From assembly GCA_965199855.1 (NCBI GenBank), contig OZ241326.1, forward strand, positions 1,664,001 through 1,728,000: 64,000 nt of DNA. Reading direction: 5' to 3'. The notes below the pieces were generated by a model. The model saw nothing but the letters and a program-made list of their open reading frames with translations, had not been told where the DNA came from and did not search any database. This DNA comes from a bacterium (lineage in GTDB: Bacteria > UBA8248). Position 1 is the first letter of the stretch. Each line of letters starts with the position of its first letter. Positions 57,132-64,000 of the stretch are shown piece after piece. The translations under genes were made by a program, and so were the position numbers.

Positions 57132-57315
57132 GCGGGGGATTCTCGCGCCATCGGGGAGAACGGGGGCGGCCGGCTCCCGGGATTATATTCGCAATTCCCC
57201 GCCCGTGAAACCCGAAGCGGCGGGGAAGAAGACGGGAATGGACAAGGGGGCGGCATCCGTTTATGGTAAGTTCGAGAGCCGCCCTCTCCTCTCGTCCCGG
57301 AGCCTTGTGATTCGG

Positions 57316-57879
57316 ATGGACTCTGCGAAAAACAATTTCGGCGAGGCCGAAAAAATACGCACGGAAGCGATTGGCGTCGCGGGCAAGAGGATTTTTCGCA
57401 TCCTGATCGATTGCCCCTCCAGGGCGGCCGCCACGCTCTGGTTGGAAAAAGAGCAGGTCTATGGCCTTTCGATGGCGATAAGGAAGATGATGGAGGAGAA
57501 GGGCGGGGACGAGCGGCGTCGGGATCAGGAGGCGGATTTTCCCGACGTCGCCGAGATCGATTCCGCGCCCGTGAGTTCGGGCGGCGCGCTCGAGTTCAAG
57601 GTGAGCCGCCTGGGGCTGGCGTATGGCCCGGGCGACGGCCGCGTCACCATCTTCTTCCACGACGAGCGCGACGAGGCGGCCGAGGGCGGGGAGGAGGACG
57701 AGGAAGCCGTCGGCCCCGCCGCGCTCCAGGTGAGCCTCGCGCGCGAGCAGATGGATGCGTTCGTCATGCAGAGCCTGGAGGAATGCTCATCCGGCCGGGG
57801 AACGGACGCGCTCTCCCGCCAAGCCATGGTGGTCACCGGCAAGGTGGACCCCGGCGCGAACGGGCATTTTCATCATTAG
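57316..57879 (+). CDS. DUF3090 family protein
   Basis: AIGVAGKRIFRI, WLEKEQV, LEFKVSRLGLAY, SGR...NGH tail; adjacent to an SCO1664-family gene, its usual neighbour. Confidence 0.75.
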   Translation: MDSAKNNFGEAEKIRTEAIGVAGKRIFRILIDCPSRAAATLWLEKEQVYGLSMAIRKMMEEKGGDERRRDQEADFPDVAEIDSAPVSSGGALEFKVSRLGLAYGPGDGRVTIFFHDERDEAAEGGEEDEEAVGPAALQVSLAREQMDAFVMQSLEECSSGRGTDALSRQAMVVTGKVDPGANGHFHH

Positions 57880-57916
57880 CCCGCGGCGCTTATCGCCTAT
57901 CCGACAGGAACGCCCC

Positions 57917-58705
57917 GTGTCCCGCAAATCTCCATCCGGTAGCGCGCCCCCCGAAGCGCGGGAGCCGCCGGAGGCGCGCGCCCGCAGGTTCGAGCCCGGC
58001 GAGATCGAGAATCTTCTTCTCGCTTCGGAATTTCTGGGCGGCGAGCTGGTGCCGCAGGGCTCGAACTATACCTTCGCCGTGAAGATGGCGGCGGCGGATT
58101 TTCAGTTCTGGGCCATATACAAGCCGGCGAGCGGGGAGTGCCCCCTTTGGGATTTTCCCTACGGGACGCTCCATTTCCGCGAAAGGTGCTCCTTTCTGGT
58201 GAGCCGTCATCTGGGGTGGCATCTGGTTCCCCCGACGGTGATTCGGGAAGGCCCCCACGGCGAGGGCTCCCTGCAGCTCTGCGCGCCCTACGACGGGAAG
58301 TCGAACTATTTTACGCTCCGGGCGGAGACGCGCCCCGAACTGCTCCTGCTCGCGGCCTTCGACATCATGGTGAACAACGCGGACCGCAAGGGCGGGCACT
58401 GCTTCAGGGCGGAGGACGGCCGCGTCTGGGGGATCGACCACGGCCTCACGTTCCACGCCGAGCCGAAGCTGCGAACCGTCATCTGGGACTTCGCGGGGTT
58501 CTCCCTGCCCGAGGAGCGGGTGAGCGACGTCATGCGTCTCGAGGAGAGCCTGGGGAATCCCGACGACCCCCTGCGGCGCGAGATGGACGCGCTGCTGGCG
58601 CCCGAGGAAATGGAGGTTTTTCGGGAGAGGGTGGCGAAGTTCAGGGGAAAGCCGTGCCTGCCGACGCCGGAGGAGTATCGGCGCGTTCACTGGCCCTTTG
58701 AGTAG
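57917..58705 (+). CDS. SCO1664 family protein (PI3/4-kinase-like fold)
   Basis: GSNYTF, IYKPASGECPLWDFPYGTL..RE, VPPTVIREGPHGEGS, NNADRKGGH, GIDHGLTFH, KLRTVIWDFAG. Confidence 0.88.
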   Translation: MSRKSPSGSAPPEAREPPEARARRFEPGEIENLLLASEFLGGELVPQGSNYTFAVKMAAADFQFWAIYKPASGECPLWDFPYGTLHFRERCSFLVSRHLGWHLVPPTVIREGPHGEGSLQLCAPYDGKSNYFTLRAETRPELLLLAAFDIMVNNADRKGGHCFRAEDGRVWGIDHGLTFHAEPKLRTVIWDFAGFSLPEERVSDVMRLEESLGNPDDPLRREMDALLAPEEMEVFRERVAKFRGKPCLPTPEEYRRVHWPFE

Positions 58706-58751
58706 GCCGGGCGGCGCGCTCCAGAATGTCCGGGACGCCGGGAGGGAGGCG

Positions 58752-60083
58752 ATGAGAGCCTGCGGGAGCGCGGCGCGGAGCCTTCCGGCGCTTTTTCTCG
58801 CCTCTCTCGCCGTCTGCGCGGCGCCTGCCGGGTGCGGCCTCCAATATGGCCTGCCCTGGGCGGAGAGGACGGCGGGCGAGAGGCTGGCCGAGAAGCGCGC
58901 GTTCATCGCCAAAAACCCCGGCCATCCCCGGGCGAGGCGATTCCTTCGGGAGCTGGACGCCCCCGATTTTCAAAAAGCCTCCCGAATCCATACGGCCGCG
59001 GCCTACGACGAGTATCTGAAGGCGCACCCCTCGGGGAGGTACGCCCCCCGGGCGCGCCGCCGGGCGGAGCGGCTGGCGTATGACGACGCGCTCGCCTCGA
59101 AGAATCCCGCCGCCCTCGATAATTTTCTGAAGCGCTTTCCCGAAAGCCGGCTTCTGTCGGGCGCCGGGGCCGGCCCTCAGCGGGGCGAATACGAGGCCGC
59201 CAGGAAAAAAGACGACGTTCGCTCCTACAGGGCGTTCATCGCCAAATACAGGAGCGCGCGAAGCCCGTGGACCCAGGCGGCGACCCGGCGCCTGGAGCGC
59301 CTGCTGCTCGACGCGGCGAAGAAGTCCCGAAGCGTCCTGGAGCTCGAAAGATACGTCTTTGACAATCCCGGAAGCCCCTATCTCCCTGAAGCGCGCGGCG
59401 CCCTGCGCGCGGCGAGGTTCGAGCGGGCGATGCGCTCCGGCAGGAAGGCGGAGCGGGAAGCGTTTGTCCGCGAATACGAAGGCTCGAAAGAGGCCGCTCT
59501 CATGCGGCGGCGCATGGAGGAGCAGGCGCTGCGGGGCGCCGAGCGTTCCGGCCGCGTCTCGGCGCTCGAGCGGTATCTCGCGCGCTATCCGCGTTCGCCC
59601 CACAGAAAGCGGATTCTCTCCTCCATCGCCGTGATGGCGCGGGAGAGGAATCGCCAGGCCCATCGGTGGGTGCGCGCGCGCGACGCCGAAATCGAGGCGT
59701 TCAGGAAGCGCAAGTGCAAGTCCTGCAAGCCCTATCTGCGCGTCCGGGGCGCGCTGCTCAACACCGACCCCGACTTCTCCTTCGACGTGGTGGTGCAGGT
59801 TCAGCTCATCGAGAAGGGCCGGCGGTGCTGCCGCGTCAGGCGCCGGGTAAAGCATCTGCGGCCCGGGGAGAGCCGCCCGTTCTCGTTTCCCGTGCGCGGC
59901 AGAGCGCCGAAAGAGGGCCGGCCGCTTCCCCGCTATGAAGTCAGGATCGTGTCCGGCTCCGCCTACCGCGATCCGCAGGCGGAGAAGGGCGGGAGGATAG
60001 AGGGGCTGGACGGGGGCGGGGAGGGCCCTCCGGCGGATCGGTTCGCGCCGGTGCGGGTGCCGGATTTATCGCCCGTAAAATAA
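58752..60083 (+). CDS. exported helical-repeat protein (probable lipoprotein) with a C-terminal beta domain
   Basis: Signal ending AAPAGC; seven repeats such as AYDEYLKAHPSG and ALERYLARYPRS; C-terminal CKSC...VRGALLN...LRPGESRPFSF. Confidence 0.7.
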   Translation: MRACGSAARSLPALFLASLAVCAAPAGCGLQYGLPWAERTAGERLAEKRAFIAKNPGHPRARRFLRELDAPDFQKASRIHTAAAYDEYLKAHPSGRYAPRARRRAERLAYDDALASKNPAALDNFLKRFPESRLLSGAGAGPQRGEYEAARKKDDVRSYRAFIAKYRSARSPWTQAATRRLERLLLDAAKKSRSVLELERYVFDNPGSPYLPEARGALRAARFERAMRSGRKAEREAFVREYEGSKEAALMRRRMEEQALRGAERSGRVSALERYLARYPRSPHRKRILSSIAVMARERNRQAHRWVRARDAEIEAFRKRKCKSCKPYLRVRGALLNTDPDFSFDVVVQVQLIEKGRRCCRVRRRVKHLRPGESRPFSFPVRGRAPKEGRPLPRYEVRIVSGSAYRDPQAEKGGRIEGLDGGGEGPPADRFAPVRVPDLSPVK

Positions 60084-60150
60084 TGAATATCAATAAGTTG
60101 TATAAATAAACTCAAGTTGAATCGAGGCGCGTTCCGCCCTCGCTCGCCGC

Positions 60151-61059
60151 TCAGCGTCTCCCGTTCGCGCGCCAGAGCCGGGGGCGGTTCACCTTTTTGA
60201 GGTTGGCCGCGATGTATTTGGCGAGGCCGGGATTGCCGATGAGGAGGGACTGGCGCCACGCGCGCGCGGCGTCCAGGTTCTTGGGGGAGTTCTCCTCCGG
60301 AAAGAAAGTCTCCAGCTCCCGCCATTGATCCGCGCGGCGGCTTCGGGCGAGCGTCGCCCCTCCCGCCTCCTTCACGATGACGGCGCCCGCCGCCACGTCC
60401 CAGATGCTCGGGGCGCCGAAGATCGCGTAGTGCATCCCTCCGCGCGCCACGAGCGCCTGCTCGTAGCACATGGAGCCGGTGGAGCGCACCTCGCCCAGGC
60501 TGCTCCTGAGCGGGCCGGTGGGGCGAAACTGCGTCCAGTAGGAGCCGGGCAGGGCGGCGATGCGCCTTCCCGTCGGCTTCTCCTCCCGCGCCGCCTCGAT
60601 GGGGCGCTCGTTGCGAAACGCTCCGCCCCCCTCGCAGGCGCGATAGACGGCGCCCCCGTCCTCGGGCGTGAAGATGGCGCCCGCGACGGAGCGCCCGCGC
60701 CTGAGAACCCCCACGGAGCAGCCCCAGACGGGCAGGCCGTTCAGGAAGTTCTTCGTCCCGTCCAGAGGGTCGAGAACCCACAGATAGTCGGGCACCTCCC
60801 GCGCGCCCTGCTCCCTGGCCTCGTCCTCGTCCTTCGGCTTCTCCTCGCCCAGGACGCCGTGGGCGGGGAAGCGCTCGCTGATCCGCTTCGTCAGAAACGC
60901 CTGGCTCGCGCGGTCGGCCTCGCTCACCGGGTCGGTTTTCGCCTTGTTCTTGTAGTCCACCTCCACCCGTTCGCCGAAAAGCCCCATCAGGATTTCGCCG
61001 GCCTCCCTGGCGAATTCCGCGGCGGCCCGGGCCAAGTCCGGTGGGGCGGCGCCGCTCAC
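60151..61059 (-). CDS. inositol monophosphatase family protein
   Basis: DPVSEADR, GVLGEE, WVLDPLDGTKNF, WDVAAGAVIVKEAGG; GTG start overlaps the upstream stop. Confidence 0.92.
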   Translation of the reverse strand: MSGAAPPDLARAAAEFAREAGEILMGLFGERVEVDYKNKAKTDPVSEADRASQAFLTKRISERFPAHGVLGEEKPKDEDEAREQGAREVPDYLWVLDPLDGTKNFLNGLPVWGCSVGVLRRGRSVAGAIFTPEDGGAVYRACEGGGAFRNERPIEAAREEKPTGRRIAALPGSYWTQFRPTGPLRSSLGEVRSTGSMCYEQALVARGGMHYAIFGAPSIWDVAAGAVIVKEAGGATLARSRRADQWRELETFFPEENSPKNLDAARAWRQSLLIGNPGLAKYIAANLKKVNRPRLWRANGRR

Positions 61060-62105
61060 GCTCCGCGCTCCAGGAGGGGCAGGTCGAGCCTTCGGGCGAT
61101 TTCGTCCAATTCGGCGAGCCGCTCGGGCGGCAGCTCCAGGCCGTCTCGCCTGCGCGACGCCTCGCTCTCGCGCTCGATTTCGCCCGGCGCGTAGATGCGC
61201 TCGACGCCCGCCGCCTTCGGCGTCGCCTTGATGACGGAGATGAAGGCGTTGGCGGCCGCCCTGAATTTCGAGAGGGGAAGCAGCGCCTCGACGTTCACCG
61301 CCGCGAAAACGCTCGTCACGCGGCTCTTGCCGGTGAACTCGTTGATGCCCACGATCTCGTGGCTGTAGCCTCCGCCGGCGAACGAGCCCAGAATGGCGTC
61401 GATGACGATGGAGAGGCCGCTTCCCTTGTAGCCCGCAATCGGGCACAGGAGGGAGCTCTCCAGCACCTGACGGGGGTCGGTGGTGGGCCTTCCCTCGCCG
61501 TCCAGCCCCCAGCCCTCGGGGATGTCCCTGCCCGCGCGCGCCGCCTCGATGATGTAGCCCCGGGCGACGACGGAGAGCGCCATGTCCAGCACGATGGGCG
61601 GGTCGCCCGGCAGGGCGATGGAGACGGGATTGTTGCCGAGCCTGGCCTCTTTGGCTCCCGCCGGCGGCAGGACGCGCAGCGTGTTCGTCGTCACGAGGCC
61701 CACCATGCCCGCATCCGGCGCCATGGCCGCATACGCCGCGGCGGCGCCGAAGTGGTTGCTCTCCTTCAGGAAGACGACGCCCACGTTGTGGCTCCGGGCG
61801 CGGGCGAGGGCCTCCTCCATCGCGCGCCTGGAGACCACCTGGCCCATGCCGTTGTCGCCGTCGGCGAGGGCGAGGGCGCCCGCGTCCCTGACGACGCGGA
61901 AGTTCGGGGTCGGGTTCGCCAGGCTGATTTCCAGACGCTTGACGTAGTGGGGCATCCGAATCACGCCGTGGCTGGTCACGCCGCGCAGCTCGGACATCAC
62001 CAGGGTCCGCGCCGTCCAGTCGGCGTCCTCCCCGGGCAGGCCCAGCTTGGCGAAAACGCGATGCAGGAAAGCGTGGAGCTTCTCGCCCGTGGTGCGTTCG
62101 CTCAT
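61056..62105 (-). CDS. Ldh_2 family oxidoreductase (malate/L-lactate/sulfolactate/ureidoglycolate dehydrogenase type)
   Basis: GVTSHG, DGDNGMG, NHFG, LGNNP, LDMA, GYKGSGL, YAPGE. Confidence 0.92.
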   Translation of the reverse strand: MSERTTGEKLHAFLHRVFAKLGLPGEDADWTARTLVMSELRGVTSHGVIRMPHYVKRLEISLANPTPNFRVVRDAGALALADGDNGMGQVVSRRAMEEALARARSHNVGVVFLKESNHFGAAAAYAAMAPDAGMVGLVTTNTLRVLPPAGAKEARLGNNPVSIALPGDPPIVLDMALSVVARGYIIEAARAGRDIPEGWGLDGEGRPTTDPRQVLESSLLCPIAGYKGSGLSIVIDAILGSFAGGGYSHEIVGINEFTGKSRVTSVFAAVNVEALLPLSKFRAAANAFISVIKATPKAAGVERIYAPGEIERESEASRRRDGLELPPERLAELDEIARRLDLPLLERGA

Positions 62106-62678
62106 TCAGCCCTCGCGCTCGAGCAGATAGGCCGTTCCGCGCCGGACGTGCTCGCCCGAATCCACGCCGTCCAGAAAATCGGCGCGGGAAACCGACCAGC
62201 GGTTCGCCTCGCGCAGCTCCCGCGCGCGCCAGCCGGGGGCGTCCAGGAGCGCCTCGACCCCGGAATAGCCGGGCCCCCTTTGCGCCACCGCCAGATACCA
62301 GCGGGGGCTCGCCGCGCGCAATATCGCCTCCTGGGCGCCCGAGTCGAACGGCAGCCAGCAGGAGAAGACGAAATCGGGCGCGTAGGCGCCGAGCGCGCCT
62401 TTCGCGTCCAGCGCCTCGACGCCGGGCCCTCCGCGCGGGTCGGTGAGCCGCAGGCTCACGCCGCCCGCCCGCAGGGCTTTCCCGATCGCGCCGCCGCCGG
62501 CGCCCACCTCAAGGGGCGCTTCGGGGGCGAGGCCGGAAATTTCCCCTGTCAGCGCGTCCAGCCATTCGATGACGGGAAGCTGATAGACGTTCCTCTCCTC
62601 GCAGAAGGCGAGCCAGCCGTCGCCGCGCTCCTCCTCGGCGAGCCTCCGGATGGCCTCGGCGTAGGGCAGGGGATTCAC
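62106..62678 (-). CDS. hypothetical protein, class I SAM-binding-like
   Basis: LEVGAGGG motif I, TDP, VFSCW; abuts the Ldh_2 gene. Confidence 0.55.
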   Translation of the reverse strand: MNPLPYAEAIRRLAEEERGDGWLAFCEERNVYQLPVIEWLDALTGEISGLAPEAPLEVGAGGGAIGKALRAGGVSLRLTDPRGGPGVEALDAKGALGAYAPDFVFSCWLPFDSGAQEAILRAASPRWYLAVAQRGPGYSGVEALLDAPGWRARELREANRWSVSRADFLDGVDSGEHVRRGTAYLLEREG

Positions 62679-62821
62679 CCGAAAAACTCCGCGTGAGCGC
62701 GCCTTTCGCGGTCTCCCGCGGGGAATCGGGCGGCTCCCGAAGGCGCGGGACGAACGCGCTCTGCGCCCCGCCGCGGAAGGAGTTTTCCGGCGCCTTCGCC
62801 GGGGCCGGCGGCGCCCCGCCC

Positions 62822-63991
62822 CTAGACGCTGGGCCCGTTCCTGTTGATGGCGAAGGCGTTGTCCTCGCGCAGGATTTCGGCTTTCGTCATTTTCCCGCTC
62901 GCGACGTCGAGCACCTCGTCATAGACGCGGCGTCCCGCCGTCTCGATGGTCGCGCCCTCGAAGATGTCCGTCACGTCCACGTCCGTCGTGTCGGCCTGGA
63001 GCCTCGCCGAGAGCGGGTTGCCCGTGATGCGGATGGTGCTCATCAGGGGGTGGTTGATGGTGTGGCCCCCGCCCGTGGAGAAGATGAGCGTCTGCGCCCC
63101 GCCCGCGGCGATGCCGGTGATGGACTCTCCGCCGTGCCCCGGGGTGTCCATCACGTGGAGGCCGCTTTTGCGCCCCGCCCGCTTCGCCCAGGGGATCACG
63201 TCCACGATGGGGGCGGAGCCCGCCTTCTGGATGGCGCCGAGGGACTTCTCCTCGATGGTGGTCAGGCCGCCCTCCATGTTGTCGCCCGTGGGCTGGCTGC
63301 CCCGCAGATCGACGCCGCAGGCGAGGATGCGCGCCTCCATTTCCTCCACCATCCGCCAGATGCGCCTGCCGAGGGCGGGCCGCGCGCACTTGGCGGCCAG
63401 CACGCCCTCGCCGCCCATCATCTCGGTGGTTTCGGCGAGAAGCGCCCGCCCGCCCTGGCCGACGACCTGATCCGTCACCCAGCCGGCGGCCTTGTTGTGG
63501 GAGAGCCCCGAAGTCGTGTCCGAGGTGCCGCAGTTCAGGCCCAGCAGGAGCTTGCTCACGGGAACTTCCCGGCGGTGCTCGTTCGTGAGGTCTCTGAGCA
63601 TCTCCATGCCGAGGCGCGTGGCCTTGGCGGTGGCGTCTATCGCCCCGCCGTCCTCGCGGATGTTGATCGCCTCGACCCGCTTGCCCGTTCCGGCGATTTC
63701 ATGGGCGATCTCCTCCGCCGTGCAGCCCTCCTCGCGGTGGTGGTCGATGACGATGACGGCGCCCGCGTTGGCGTTTTTCCCGTGCCCGACGAGGGTCTCG
63801 AACGTGCGCTGGATGTCGGGGCCGATCTGGCAGCGTCCCAGGGGGTGGGTGAGGGCGACGCTGTGCCGCAGGGTTCGGGCGACGCGCTCGCAGGTCGGGT
63901 TGGCGTAGAGCGTGCCGCTCAGCAGGAGCAGGTAATTTCTGGCGCCCACGTCGCCGTTCTCGCGGGGGTATCCCCACCAGGTTTTTCTCAT
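62822..63991 (-). CDS. UxaA/GarD/SuyB family dehydratase or lyase, catalytic subunit (no SAF domain)
   Basis: GYPRENGDVGARN, HPLGRC, CGTSD, ETTEMMG, GDNMEGGLTTIEEKSLG, MDTPG, IFSTGGG. Confidence 0.9.
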   Translation of the reverse strand: MRKTWWGYPRENGDVGARNYLLLLSGTLYANPTCERVARTLRHSVALTHPLGRCQIGPDIQRTFETLVGHGKNANAGAVIVIDHHREEGCTAEEIAHEIAGTGKRVEAINIREDGGAIDATAKATRLGMEMLRDLTNEHRREVPVSKLLLGLNCGTSDTTSGLSHNKAAGWVTDQVVGQGGRALLAETTEMMGGEGVLAAKCARPALGRRIWRMVEEMEARILACGVDLRGSQPTGDNMEGGLTTIEEKSLGAIQKAGSAPIVDVIPWAKRAGRKSGLHVMDTPGHGGESITGIAAGGAQTLIFSTGGGHTINHPLMSTIRITGNPLSARLQADTTDVDVTDIFEGATIETAGRRVYDEVLDVASGKMTKAEILREDNAFAINRNGPSV

Positions 63992-64000
63992 GCGTCCGGG

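Noticed and set aside
57316-61059. Mycothiol biosynthesis cluster (SCO1664, DUF3090, IMPase)
   Set aside because: No mshA, mshB, mshC or mshD is in the window, and the IMPase belongs to a separate convergent operon.

Overview
A 64-kb, very GC-rich bacterial chromosomal segment with no integrase, transposase, prophage gene, rRNA or CRISPR array. All family calls come from reading motifs by eye; no database search was run. The gene content (PxxKW-type protein, IspH-UbiA fusion, octaheme cytochrome c, glnB-glnD-glnA) loosely suggests a Nitrospinota- or deltaproteobacteria-like lineage; this is inference. Housekeeping genes include gltX with tRNA-Gln(CTG), ftsK, trxA, ispH, glnB/glnD/glnA, rel/spoT, nfi, lutA/lutBC and copA. 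The best candidate for an undescribed system is 38263-50691. A minus-strand run of four genes encodes an ATP-grasp ligase, a DUF1611-like P-loop protein, a very divergent second ATP-grasp-like protein and an NTT-like transporter-HEAT-cNMP fusion. It faces a divergent dppC-dppA-dppB cassette that lacks an ATPase and is translationally coupled to an HDAC-family deacetylase. Other notable items: an AsmA-like protein built from four ~172-aa modules, a tandem-duplicated small membrane-protein gene, an orphan Flp-type pilin missed by the ORF track, a DUF3090/SCO1664 pair with a lost zinc knuckle, a TetR-HtrA-CopA operon with a palindromic operator, and a one-base frameshift in a 2-hydroxyacid dehydrogenase.
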